A stretch of 64,000 nt of DNA, taken from positions 1 to 64,000 of IMG/VR virus record IMGVR_UViG_3300032304_001060. One strand, 5' to 3'. Position numbers and translations under genes: made by a program. Below the pieces are notes generated by a model that saw only the letters and a list, made by a program, of their open reading frames with translations, did not search any database and was not told where the DNA came from. Source of the stretch: a virus. Below are positions 1 through 9,656 of the stretch, in pieces. Position 1 is the stretch's first letter; each line of letters starts with the position of its first letter.

Positions 1-573
1 ACCGCCACCTGAAATACCATTACCACCATTACCACCAACAGAATTGAGTGTTGTGTTAGCGCTACCACCGCCACCACCAGCACCAGCAGTTCCACTTACG
101 TTAGCGCTTGCACTAGCCGCGCCACCAGGAATACCCCAATAATTAGTTGCACCAGCGCCACCAGCAGTAGTGGTTCCACCAGAACCACCACCACCGAGAA
201 GTCCTGCACCGCCTGATGCACCGCCACCGCCAGCAATTACACTGCCGTAACGGGTATAACCGCCTTGAACGCCAGCAGTACCACCTGCACCAATAATGCA
301 AGTATTCTGTGGAACAGTCCAATTCCAAGCGACTCCACCACCACCACCTGAATTTGTAGATAGACCACCGCCACCGCCGCCAACTACAACTGCATAGACC
401 CAAGTAATCTCAGCAGGAATTGTGACAGACCCACTAGATGTAATTGTATGGCGCAGAGTTAAACCATAAGGATTGAGAAAAGATGTTTGTGCAAGTGGCG
501 TAAAACCATCATTAGGATTAGCCCAAGTAGATACCTGCCCTGATGACTCTCCGCGTTTAATCGGATTAGTCAT
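1..573 (-). CDS. Glycine-rich tail fibre/virion protein (runs off the window edge)
   Basis: ATG at 573 overlaps the upstream stop. Manual translation gives MTNPIKRGESSGQVSTWANP...VYAVVVGGGGGG...GGAGATNYWG..., typical of a glycine-rich phage fibre. Absent from the ORF track because it is truncated. Confidence 0.7.
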   Translation of the reverse strand, partial: MTNPIKRGESSGQVSTWANPNDGFTPLAQTSFLNPYGLTLRHTITSSGSVTIPAEITWVYAVVVGGGGGGLSTNSGGGGGVAWNWTVPQNTCIIGAGGTAGVQGGYTRYGSVIAGGGGASGGAGLLGGGGSGGTTTAGGAGATNYWGIPGGAASASANVSGTAGAGGGGGSANTTLNSVGGNGGNGISGGG

Positions 574-935
574 TAGGAAATCCTGTTGACGTAACCTGAA
601 ACTGTAACCACGTTAGCAGTACCAGCGTAAGCAGCAACTGTATTTCCTGCGCTACCTGTACCAGCCAAAATAAGCCCAGGAATTACTAGAGTCAATCCTG
701 ACTGTGAAGGAATACTAATCTTAATATCATCATCAGGTGTTGCAGTTCCACCGTATTGAACAGTTAATAGGATTGGCCCAGTAGATGAGTTGTACGCATA
801 AAGCCATACTTCGTCATAAACACTTGCAGATGTTCCTGTTGTGTGGATAGTCGTACCAGTTGATGTAGTTGCTACTACCTTGATTGGTGTTCCATCTGTT
901 GCACCTGAAAAGGGTACCTTTGTAAAAGTTGCAAT
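573..935 (-). CDS. Small virion structural protein (120 aa) with an apparent ATT start
   Basis: Open frame (I/M)ATFTKVPFSGATDGTPIKVVATTSTGTTIHTTG...DEVWLYAYNSS...SGYVNRIS* fills the gap between two tail genes. An AGGA RBS lies upstream and there is an in-frame TAG two codons before the ATT. Confidence 0.7.
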   Translation of the reverse strand: MATFTKVPFSGATDGTPIKVVATTSTGTTIHTTGTSASVYDEVWLYAYNSSTGPILLTVQYGGTATPDDDIKISIPSQSGLTLVIPGLILAGTGSAGNTVAAYAGTANVVTVSGYVNRIS

Positions 936-944
936 TGTCTATTC

Positions 945-2780
945 CTATCCGAATACTTGAACTGCTAGAATGTTTTGGTCTGAATCTACTGCGCTGCCAC
1001 CGCCACCACCAGTTGCGTTGATAGTAACCGTTCCAGTACCGCCTGATGGGCTTAATGTTATGTTAGTTCCAGCAACAATTTGACTTACTCCACCTGTTTG
1101 AGCAACCCATTGAGTATTGTAGTTTGTTCCATCGATCTTTGAAAGAACTTGCCCAGCAGTACCACCTACGGGTACGCCTTGACCATTGGTTCCGTTAGTA
1201 CCATTGGTACCATCAGTTCCGTTAGCGCCTTGCAGTCCAGTTAGACCCTGTGAACCAGTTGTGCCTTGTGAACCTGTAGTTCCCTGAAAACCAATTGCAC
1301 CTTGCGCGCCTGTTGTTCCCTGGATACCAACGCTTTGAGTAATAAGAGCAAGTTGGTGGGTATTATTAAAGTTTGTTGTGCCTGTTCCGCCTGACTCTAA
1401 AAGAGTTACAGGGTAAGTAAAGTAACTGTGAGTGACAGATGAAGGTGTGCCATTTACTTGCCATTTTTGATAATTGGTAGAGTTATTTCTATCTTGAATG
1501 AAGAAAATATCATTATCTTTAATGTTTGCTAATAGAAAATCAATGTCCTCATTTCGGTCATTTATGTGAGATACATAAATGTTTGTTGAGTTAATTTGAG
1601 TTGAGTTGCTCCACATAATTTGACCATTATTAGGTGGTGGTGTTTGTGAATTAGCCCTTGCTACATAATCAAAAATAGATGATGAAGTGCCGCTTGCGCC
1701 AGTATTACCTTGCACACCCTGAATACCATTTAAACCTTGAATACCTGTAGTTCCTTGTACGCCTTGAATACCCTGTGTGCCTTGTGTGCCTAACCCGCCC
1801 TGGATACCTTGTGTACCTTGTGAACCTGTAGTTCCTTGAGAACCAGTAGTTCCTTGCGTGCCTTGTACACCCTGAATACCCTGTATTCCTTGTGTGCCCT
1901 GCATACCCGTAGTGCCTTGTATGCCTGTAGTGCCCTGGTTTCCTTGAGTTCCTTGAAGGCCTTGAATACCCTGAGTTCCTTGAATACCTGTAAGACCTTG
2001 AGTACCAGTAGTTCCCTGAAGACCTTGCGTTCCTTGAGCACCAACATCACCTGTGCGAGCAAAGGTAAATAAAAGTTCTTCGCCATTGGTAAATGTTCCG
2101 TTACCAGATACATAGGCAACTTCTACATCAAACCAATTTGGTGCTGAATCTACAAGACCAGAAATTGTGTAAAGTGCAAAGATAGAGGTATCAAATTTCT
2201 TAGATACTTTTACGTGACCTTTGATTGTTGATGTTGAGTCATCAATTGTCTGTAAGAAATTAGAAACATCATAATTACCATCAGAAGGATTATCATCTAA
2301 TGCAATGTGTGAGACTAAAGTTAAGTTAGCATTATTTAGACGAGCATAGTTATCGCCTGGATCTGCCATAGTTGTATTATTGCTATATGTATATTCAACA
2401 GTAATACCGCCAAATGAACCTTCAATACCTTGAATACCATTAAGACCTTGTATGCCTTGAGTTCCTTGTAAACCTTGGGTACCTTGAGAACCTGTGTTTC
2501 CTATTGCTCCTTGAGTTCCTGTAATTCCTTGGATACCTTGAGTACCCTGAAGACCTTGAAGACCTTGAGTACCTTGAATACCTTGGGTTCCTTGAATACC
2601 TTGGGTTCCTTGAATTCCGAGAAGACCTTGAATGCCTTGGATTCCTTGTACACCCTGTGGACCACGAGCACCGCCCTGACCAGGACCTACGATAACGGTG
2701 GTCGGTGCAGGGGTCTGCACAGTGATCATCTGCACACTACAGGTACAGGTATAACTTACATTACCGCACGTACAGGTCAT
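945..2780 (-). CDS. Collagen-like (G-X-Q repeat) tail fibre protein
   Basis: Long GTQGIQGLQ triplet runs separated by globular segments, in a structural module. Confidence 0.8.
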   Translation of the reverse strand: MTCTCGNVSYTCTCSVQMITVQTPAPTTVIVGPGQGGARGPQGVQGIQGIQGLLGIQGTQGIQGTQGIQGTQGLQGLQGTQGIQGITGTQGAIGNTGSQGTQGLQGTQGIQGLNGIQGIEGSFGGITVEYTYSNNTTMADPGDNYARLNNANLTLVSHIALDDNPSDGNYDVSNFLQTIDDSTSTIKGHVKVSKKFDTSIFALYTISGLVDSAPNWFDVEVAYVSGNGTFTNGEELLFTFARTGDVGAQGTQGLQGTTGTQGLTGIQGTQGIQGLQGTQGNQGTTGIQGTTGMQGTQGIQGIQGVQGTQGTTGSQGTTGSQGTQGIQGGLGTQGTQGIQGVQGTTGIQGLNGIQGVQGNTGASGTSSSIFDYVARANSQTPPPNNGQIMWSNSTQINSTNIYVSHINDRNEDIDFLLANIKDNDIFFIQDRNNSTNYQKWQVNGTPSSVTHSYFTYPVTLLESGGTGTTNFNNTHQLALITQSVGIQGTTGAQGAIGFQGTTGSQGTTGSQGLTGLQGANGTDGTNGTNGTNGQGVPVGGTAGQVLSKIDGTNYNTQWVAQTGGVSQIVAGTNITLSPSGGTGTVTINATGGGGGSAVDSDQNILAVQVFG

Positions 2781-3826
2781 ATCGTCGCCTGACGTGTCAC
2801 AAAGATTGTTCCACGCATGTACGTCTGCTGGTAAGTAGGGTCACCTGCAATAGTGGCCTGGATATCCCAGTAACAACGTTCAGGAAGGTCACTAGTGACG
2901 GCAGGAGAAAGAGACAGGATTAACTTACTGTTATCCAAAGGATCAGGAGTAATCTCGAACGAGGTATACGTTGAAGAACTTCCATAAGTCTTTACGATGT
3001 TTGCAGTAAATACGTAGCCGCTCACATTCATTGGGAAGTCAAGGGTAACCTCAAATGAATCGCCCTGAATAAAGGAGAAGTCTTGTGTAGGAACTGGTGA
3101 TGGAACTGTTTCGTTTCCATAAGTAGGTACTGGAAGATAGACACGAGACTTGTAAGAGCGATCGTCAATTTCCTTAGGCTTAAAGATTGGGACATAGTGA
3201 TCTGTCGTCTTGGAAATACGGCGCAAAGTAAAGACGTCGATCTTGTAGAGGCCAATACCTAACTGAGAACAGAGTTCCTTGTACTGATTCTTACGGACTT
3301 CAATCATCTGCATCAACTGACGGTAACGCTCAGAGCGTGGAATCATTACGCCGTCAGGTGCGGTGATATCAATATCAAAAGATGCATCGGTGGCTAGGGC
3401 ATACATAGCCAAGGTAGATGCATAGATAACAACAGGATACTCTTCAAGAGAGGCCATCGTCTGAACGCTCGCGGTACGTCCATACGCATCGGTATGGTAA
3501 GCAGAGTGCTGATCAAAGGCGGTGCTTACATACTGTTGAACTTCGGTATTGGTGAAGTATCGGTAGTAGGTTCCCGCAACAACGATTGAAGCATCAGCCA
3601 CAGGGGTCACATCAAAGGTGATGTAGCCAGTCTGTTCTTCAACTTCTACACCTGCAGAGACATCTACTGCGTCGACTGTAACGATGAGGTTGACACCATC
3701 GAGGGGTGAGTAAGGGATGAGATAACGGTCAGTATCTCCAGTAGCCTCTGTCTGATAGACAAATGACTTAGGGATATCGCCAATCTCATACCGCAAACGG
3801 TCTGCAAGGGCTGAAAGTGTAGCCAC
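2777..3826 (-). CDS. Virion structural protein, probable head-tail connector/neck
   Basis: 349 aa downstream of the capsid operon, with a beta-rich C-terminal domain. Function inferred from position. Confidence 0.5.
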   Translation of the reverse strand: MATLSALADRLRYEIGDIPKSFVYQTEATGDTDRYLIPYSPLDGVNLIVTVDAVDVSAGVEVEEQTGYITFDVTPVADASIVVAGTYYRYFTNTEVQQYVSTAFDQHSAYHTDAYGRTASVQTMASLEEYPVVIYASTLAMYALATDASFDIDITAPDGVMIPRSERYRQLMQMIEVRKNQYKELCSQLGIGLYKIDVFTLRRISKTTDHYVPIFKPKEIDDRSYKSRVYLPVPTYGNETVPSPVPTQDFSFIQGDSFEVTLDFPMNVSGYVFTANIVKTYGSSSTYTSFEITPDPLDNSKLILSLSPAVTSDLPERCYWDIQATIAGDPTYQQTYMRGTIFVTRQATI

Positions 3827-3871
3827 GTAACCTCCGTAAAGTCTTCTGCGAAGTATCTCGCATTACATGCA

Positions 3872-3928
3872 AATAAAAAGGTCCAACCCCCATCTGGGAG
3901 GAGGGCGGGAACCAGATGAGGGTCGGAC
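3872..3928 (-). terminator. Intrinsic terminator after the capsid operon
   Basis: Minus-strand stem GTCCGACCCTCATCTGG/CCAGATGGGGGTTGGAC followed by CTTTTTATTT. Confidence 0.65.
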
Positions 3929-3949
3929 TACTAGAGACGTGCTGACTGT

Positions 3950-4321
3950 TTAGTTAGGACGCCAAATGTAGCCTAGTTCTTCAAGATAGCCTGCAAGTTG
4001 TGCAGGGACTCGGTACTTAACTCCAGCCTTAAAGGTGAAGGTGTTACCTACGCCGTAAGTCATATCTTCAATGTCGGTAATGGTACGGATAACGACCATA
4101 TCGCCTGCTGTTGATACTCCTACGTTCTCGATCTCATCTAGAACAAGTGGGGTGTCTGGGTGCTTAGGATCGAATATATCCTTCTCCAGACTTTCTGCCT
4201 CAATCTGAGACGCAATAGAAATCTCATCTTTGCGCTTTTTTAGTTCTGCAGCATTCTTCTTTGTTGCTGTCTCCGCTGCGCGACCTGTTGCGTCAAGCGG
4301 ACTTGTTGGTGTATTTGCCAC
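3950..4321 (-). CDS. Hypothetical protein (head module)
   Basis: 123 aa ORF with AGGAG RBS, directly after the MCP. Confidence 0.6.
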   Translation of the reverse strand: MANTPTSPLDATGRAAETATKKNAAELKKRKDEISIASQIEAESLEKDIFDPKHPDTPLVLDEIENVGVSTAGDMVVIRTITDIEDMTYGVGNTFTFKAGVKYRVPAQLAGYLEELGYIWRPN

Positions 4322-4406
4322 GGTGTTTATTCTCCTAAGTTAGTTTTTTGTTGTGATGTGCCTGGGGGCCCAGGAAGGAGTAGGACCCCCAGACGACATC
4401 GATGTC

Positions 4407-5534
4407 TTAGTTTGTGTAAACTTTGACGATAGCCTGGTCGGTAATTACACCGAGACCCCAGATTGCGTACCATGCAAGAGCGTGCTCACGACCGAAGTCG
4501 AGAACGCCACCATCGCGGAGTTCAACTGGGAGTGAGATTGCGTGACCAAATGCGTTGTCACCAATCATGATTGATTCGTAAACTTCAGCAGCGTTACCTG
4601 TTGCTGATGTTAGGTAACCCTTTTCTGCAGTGAAATCTGCAGACTCTGGGTTTCCACCTGAACCTGGGGCTGTGTTAGCCTTAACAGGAACGCTGTACTG
4701 ATCTGCTGGAACACCAACAGATGTTGAGGTTGTGTAGCCAGCGTTGATTGCCAACTTCTTAACCTGTGTTGTTTCGATGAAGACTACGTCGTATAGACGA
4801 CCGATCTCACCGAGCATGAAGTTACCTGGAGCAGCGTACTTTGTAACTTCGATGAACTCTGGGTTCGAACGAATGTCACGTGACTGCTTTGGGTGTACGA
4901 ACTGTACGTATGTCTCACCTAAGCGAGGGATGTTCTTACCAGCAAGGGTAAGAGCAGCATCCTTAACAGCACCTGTTGACAACTTGTGGTTACCATCAAG
5001 ACCTGAGATTGATGTCGCTGCTGTTCCTTCGTTGTACCAGTCGTTAACGCCCTGGACACCAGTGCGGTCATAACCGAATACAGCAGAAGTTGCTGCAGAG
5101 AGTGTGTTGCGTGCCTGTACGTCGAGGTACTGTGCCATGTGGCGACCAAGAAGACGTGAAGCAGAAGCCATAACGTCATCGAATGATGCGTTTAGGAGGA
5201 GTTCAGAAACTGCTACTGCGTAACCGTGTTCTGCAACTGTGATTGCAATCTGCTCTGCTGTGAGTGCAGATGTTGTCATACGAACACCTTCTGTAAGGGG
5301 TGTTGGATCGACAGCGAAGTTCTTGTAACGGAGGAAGTTAACACGTAGACCAGGAGCGACGCCGAGTTCTGTCTTCTTAACAGCGAACTGTTCGAAGCGG
5401 AGGATTGGCATTGCCTGGAAAAGAATTTCCTTCGACCAGATTGTTTGAATTGCTTGGTTCAAAGATGAGTTTGAACCTGAGTAAGCGGTTGGGGCGCTTG
5501 CGAGTTGCCCTGTTCCTGTGATTGCACTTGCCAT
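4407..5534 (-). CDS. Major capsid protein (N4-gp56-like HK97 fold)
   Basis: Motifs IQTIWSKEILFQA, EHGYAVAVSE, GEIGRLYDVVFIET and DFGREHALAWYAIWG. Follows scaffold and portal. Confidence 0.88.
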   Translation of the reverse strand: MASAITGTGQLASAPTAYSGSNSSLNQAIQTIWSKEILFQAMPILRFEQFAVKKTELGVAPGLRVNFLRYKNFAVDPTPLTEGVRMTTSALTAEQIAITVAEHGYAVAVSELLLNASFDDVMASASRLLGRHMAQYLDVQARNTLSAATSAVFGYDRTGVQGVNDWYNEGTAATSISGLDGNHKLSTGAVKDAALTLAGKNIPRLGETYVQFVHPKQSRDIRSNPEFIEVTKYAAPGNFMLGEIGRLYDVVFIETTQVKKLAINAGYTTSTSVGVPADQYSVPVKANTAPGSGGNPESADFTAEKGYLTSATGNAAEVYESIMIGDNAFGHAISLPVELRDGGVLDFGREHALAWYAIWGLGVITDQAIVKVYTN

Positions 5535-5568
5535 GTAGGTCAAGTCCTTTCTTAGTAGTTAGTGGGGA

Positions 5569-6354
5569 TTACTGATCGAACAGTCCCTGACCACGATTGC
5601 TGGCTGCACTGCCAAGTAGTTTGGCTCTTTGTTTCGCATAGTCTGCCATGTTCATATCCCGAATGGAATCGGGTGTATAGGTTTGTTGTGACGAATCATT
5701 ATCGAGGGGTCCTGCGGCAGGCGCTGTAACGCGTGTTCCTGCCATTTGCTGTTTTGCACTTTGCATCGCCTGTTGAACAGACGCTGAGATGCTTGCAGAC
5801 TTTTCTTTGAGCGTCGCAATACTGTGCTCAACTTCTTCTGGAGTATTGCCTTGAATCAGATCGATCAGTTCAGGAACGATACTGTCTCGTTCTTGCTCCA
5901 AACGGTTCTGACGATAATTCATTAATTCTTGGAACTTGCGTTCTTGGTCTAGAAGTGCAAAGGCACGTTCTCTTTCAAGACGTTCAGTATCTAACAGAGC
6001 CTGAAATTCTTGCTCCTTCTTAGCGAGGAGTTCTTTAGCAGAGAGTTCAGATTCTTCTTGTTCTCTCTTTAATGCTTCCTGACGAGCATGCTCTTCAGCA
6101 ATGCGTGATTCACGCTCTGCTTCCTTAGCGGCCTGCTCTTCACGAGCCTTCTTTAAAGATGCTAGTTCTTCCTTCATTTTTTCCATCTGAGGATACAACT
6201 TCGCCTTCTCTTGTTCACGAGCCTTAGCGATGTCGTCTGCGCTGTACACAGAATTTACCTCATTCTGAAAAACATCAGTTGCTGTTGTCTCCATTGCTTC
6301 CACAATCTGTGGAGAAAAAAGATCAGCATTCGTTACTTTATTGTCAGTGTCCAT
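5569..6354 (-). CDS. Capsid scaffolding protein
   Basis: E/K/R/Q-rich coiled coil between portal and MCP, with a C-terminal 'MADYAKQRAKLLG' helix. Confidence 0.75.
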   Translation of the reverse strand: MDTDNKVTNADLFSPQIVEAMETTATDVFQNEVNSVYSADDIAKAREQEKAKLYPQMEKMKEELASLKKAREEQAAKEAERESRIAEEHARQEALKREQEESELSAKELLAKKEQEFQALLDTERLERERAFALLDQERKFQELMNYRQNRLEQERDSIVPELIDLIQGNTPEEVEHSIATLKEKSASISASVQQAMQSAKQQMAGTRVTAPAAGPLDNDSSQQTYTPDSIRDMNMADYAKQRAKLLGSAASNRGQGLFDQ

Positions 6355-6484
6355 AGGGGTTCACTTATCTTTCTTAGGTCGTTGTCCGAGTGCCTTGCGG
6401 CGTATCACATTGTGGTTGTTACGAGATAATTGCATTACATTTCAGTGCTTTTGTCTCGCTATATTCTGATTAATAATCAGAAAC

Positions 6485-8230
6485 TTATTCCTTGCCGACA
6501 TTTCTCCTTAGTGGAATTTTCGTTCCATAGGCGTCAGTGACAAGTTTATTTCGGATCTCGGCCTCGGCCTGCTTCTCGATTCCTTCAGTCTGTTGGCTGG
6601 CATCGTTCATTGGGTTCTCAGGAGATGGCTCACCCATCATTCCGTCGCCCATAATGTCCCCATCACCCAACTGCGTTGGCTGCATAGGGATGGCTGAATT
6701 GCCGTCAGGACCTGGCATCATGCCAGTCATATCCATGATCTGCTTCTGGATCTGGACCTTGATAAGTTGTAGGGCGCCATCAGCCTCAGCGTCAGCGATA
6801 AGTTCCGCACGAATCTCTTCGAGTTTCTCTTCTGGGAATTCCTCACCAAGAGTACGGAGAGCGCCTTCCTTAGACTCAAGGCCCATACCGAGTTTGGTCT
6901 GGATCTCATTGAGCGCGATCAACTTATCTAGTGGGAGTGGCTGTGGGAAGTGAGCGTAGTTTATGTAAGAAATAGGATCATTTGGATCTAGAACAGGTAG
7001 TTGACCTTCTTTAATTGGGCCATCTACTTCTGGGTTGTAGATCATCGTCTCTGGTTCCTTGAGGAAGAGAGTACGAAGAGCGAGTTCATTGATGTACTCA
7101 ATGCCCTTGCCGTATTGAGCAACCTTCTGTGAGTAGCGGTTCATCAGTGGCTGATACTGAATAGAGAGAGCAACACCTGATGTATTAGAGATTGCTTGAA
7201 CCTGACCCAGTGCGGTTTCTGGGATGTTCATTACTTCATGCATTGAGCGCTTTAATAGTTCTAGGTACTTCAAGGCTCCGTCAATGCCTTGTGCACCGCC
7301 TTCTAGGTTGAAGACTTGAGCATCTTTTGGAAGACCGCCCCAAACCTTCTTAGCGCCTTTTTCTAGGTTAGAGGCTTTAGCACCCACGATTACCGTTACA
7401 GGTGATGCGTGGTAGTTAATGATGTCTGCGACATCAGTGCTAATTTCGTTATATGCACGGTTGATAGTGATGATGTCGTGTGCGTCCGAGAGACCCCACG
7501 GAGAACCAGATACTGGCACATTTGGAATGTGCACCACAGGAATTAATCCAAGTGGATTTGGGCGAGAATCAATCAACTCATCGTTAACGTATTCTTCAAT
7601 TACGTCATCAGTAAGAATTTCAGTGTATGTAAATACTTGACGTGTACCTTCAAGAGATGTTCCCCAGAAACGATACTTCTGCTTGAAACGCAATAGGCGT
7701 GAGCGATCGTGTGGGTGGAACTCAGGGAAACAGAATGACGAGTTCATTGGAAGAAGGCGAACACGACCAGGATGGAAGTGTCCAGCGGTATCTGTCCATG
7801 GCTCTTCATAAGCAATCTTTACAAAGCAGTCGCCTGTAATTCCGCCCTGTTGACCAATCTCAAGTAGAACACGCATCTTGTCGTTGTCTACTTCCCAGAT
7901 ACGCTCTAGACGATCTGGAACGATTGCTTCTGTAGCCTTTGGTGAACGGAAGTGAATGCCGCTACCAAATGTAAAGCGTGAAAGATAATCATTGAATGCA
8001 CGGTAGTAGTTAACAGCGATTTGCATTTCGCCTTGTTCTCTACGGTAACCCCAGTGATGACCTATTCAACCCAGGTACATCGCCCAGTTGAGCGAGTACC
8101 TGTTTAGACGTGGACCGTGAACTTCGAACTCCTCGTCGGCTAATTCAACCAGGCCAAGTGGAGAAATTGAAATTGTTAAATCACTTGATGCTGCTCTATA
8201 AGATGGGGGAGAGAAATCTAGGAAAGACAT
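6485..8230 (-). CDS. Portal protein, interrupted by an in-frame TGA at codon 55 (8068-8066)
   Basis: The C-terminal 513 aa carry portal motifs (NPLGLIPVVHIPN, SNTSGVAL). The same frame extends to ATG 8230 with a strong GGAGGTG RBS: MSFLDFSPPSYRAASSDLTISISPLGLVELADEEFEVHGPRLNRYSLNWAMYLG*IGHHWGYRREQGEMQIAVNYY. Confidence 0.85.
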
Positions 8231-8868
8231 ACGTCATGCACCTCCAATCCGTCTGTGACAGGCAAGGTATGCGCCTGGGTAGCACGTAATGCTCGTACTA
8301 CAACAGCAATTTCATTTTTCTTTTCATCAGTAAATGGATGGATTGATCCTTTGCGTCCATTGCAATCTTTGCACGCTGGACGTAAATTAGAAAGAACATG
8401 TGACCCACCTTTTGAAAGAGGGTGAACATGGTCCCACTGAACTACATCTAACTGTATTTCACAAATCCAACACTGGTTGTTGTACTGGTTGAGGATCTCG
8501 TCCAACACTGTTGCAGTTATTTTTTCAACATCAGAAGTCCAAAGAGCAGCACGTTTTTGACTGCGTCTAGCCTTGTTTAGTTTAACTCTATAAGCAGAAG
8601 TTTTAGATAACCCGTGAGTAGTCATTTGTGCTTTTACTACTTCGGTGTGGATACAACCACACGACGAAGTGTTACCATTTTTTACAGTGTATGATCGAAG
8701 CATTACAGAGGTACCGCAAGAGCATTCAAACCTTTGAAAACAACGATTCCGTCCATCTGGACGAACACGAAGTTCATAGTCTGTCGTTGCTGTTAGGCGG
8801 CCAAAAACAAGACCTGCTTCAATAAGCACAGGTTGTTTTCTCACAGCCACAATACTAGCAGAGGTCAT
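8218..8868 (-). CDS. Free-standing HNH homing endonuclease
   Basis: N-terminal FGRLT...CSCG...SCGC DNA-binding module and C-terminal CWIC...DHVHPLSKGGSH..SNLRPACKDCN HNH motif. Overlaps the portal start by 13 nt. Confidence 0.88.
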   Translation of the reverse strand: MTSASIVAVRKQPVLIEAGLVFGRLTATTDYELRVRPDGRNRCFQRFECSCGTSVMLRSYTVKNGNTSSCGCIHTEVVKAQMTTHGLSKTSAYRVKLNKARRSQKRAALWTSDVEKITATVLDEILNQYNNQCWICEIQLDVVQWDHVHPLSKGGSHVLSNLRPACKDCNGRKGSIHPFTDEKKNEIAVVVRALRATQAHTLPVTDGLEVHDVCLS

Positions 8869-9116
8869 TTGTCCTTCTTGCCGCTCTTCTTAACATCTTT
8901 TTTCTCTTCAAGATGTTTTGATTTTTCTTTATCTTGCTTCTTCTTTGCCATTGCAACCTTGCGTGTGGCTTCAGTTGTTTCTACAAACTGTCCACCAGAT
9001 TGAATGTACTTCTTATGCACCCAAGCGGATGCGCCAGGGTTTGGGTATGAGGAGTACTTAGCCCGCGCCATAGCAACAATGGTTGCATACAGTTTTGGGT
9101 TTGCTGGTTTTCTCAT
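8865..9116 (-). CDS. Hypothetical basic protein
   Basis: 83 aa, GGAGG RBS, ATGA-coupled to the HNH gene. Confidence 0.6.
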   Translation of the reverse strand: MRKPANPKLYATIVAMARAKYSSYPNPGASAWVHKKYIQSGGQFVETTEATRKVAMAKKKQDKEKSKHLEEKKDVKKSGKKDK

Positions 9117-9132
9117 ATCTCCTCCAAAGATA

Positions 9133-9170
9133 GCCTTATTGCCCCCACACTAGTGTAGGGGCAATAAGGC
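9133..9170 (-). terminator. Stem-loop, probable terminator
   Basis: Inverted repeat GCCTTATTGCCCC...GGGGCAATAAGGC between genes. Confidence 0.5.
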
Positions 9171-9182
9171 GTCAGTATTAAA

Positions 9183-9578
9183 TTAGTCGTTTACGACTGT
9201 TGCGTTTGGACGCTGCATGCGTCCGCCTGAACGAGCAACTGTCTCGATCTGAGCAGCAGAGTAATCGTTCATTGTGCCATGTGCGAACTCACCAAGGAAT
9301 GTTGGTGCTTCAACCCATGAGGCAGACCCAACGTGTGCACGCTCTGAAAGAGTTTCAGCAGCAGACTTCTGCCACACTGGTGCATTACGGTTTGGACGTC
9401 CTGGTGCAACTGCTGAACCAGACTGCATGCCCTTGATGAAATCATTAGGTACATCTGTGTCTGTAGCGACGCCCTCTTCAAAACGAAGTGGTCCGCGACG
9501 TGATTCGTTGCCTGCACCCTTCATCTCGTACATGTGTGGGGCACGCTCTGGAAAGCGAGGTGCTGGTGAAATTGTCAT
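9183..9578 (-). CDS. Hypothetical protein (head module)
   Basis: 131 aa ORF with AGGAG RBS between terminase and portal. Confidence 0.6.
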   Translation of the reverse strand: MTISPAPRFPERAPHMYEMKGAGNESRRGPLRFEEGVATDTDVPNDFIKGMQSGSAVAPGRPNRNAPVWQKSAAETLSERAHVGSASWVEAPTFLGEFAHGTMNDYSAAQIETVARSGGRMQRPNATVVND

Positions 9579-9656
9579 ATTGACTCCTTAAGGATATTGG
9601 AAAGGCCTTTTCCTAGGCAATAGTTTCCACCCTTTTTGCTTGTTTGTGTGGTTGAA

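Noticed and set aside
945-2780. Diversity-generating or phase-variable repeat in the fibre gene
   Set aside because: The repeats are ordinary synonymous-variant collagen codons. No reverse transcriptase or template/variable repeat pair is visible in the window.
8066-8068. Genome-wide TGA reassignment (alternative genetic code) as the explanation for the portal stop
   Set aside because: TGA terminates many genes in ATGA stop/start overlaps (e.g. 2777, 8865, 23394, 62101), and the other long genes are uninterrupted under code 11.
8056-8230. Group I intron or selenocysteine in the portal gene
   Set aside because: The extra sequence is only 9 nt with no catalytic core, and the HNH lies upstream rather than inside. 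The UGA is within an apparent insertion, not at a Cys position, and no SECIS-like hairpin was recognised downstream.
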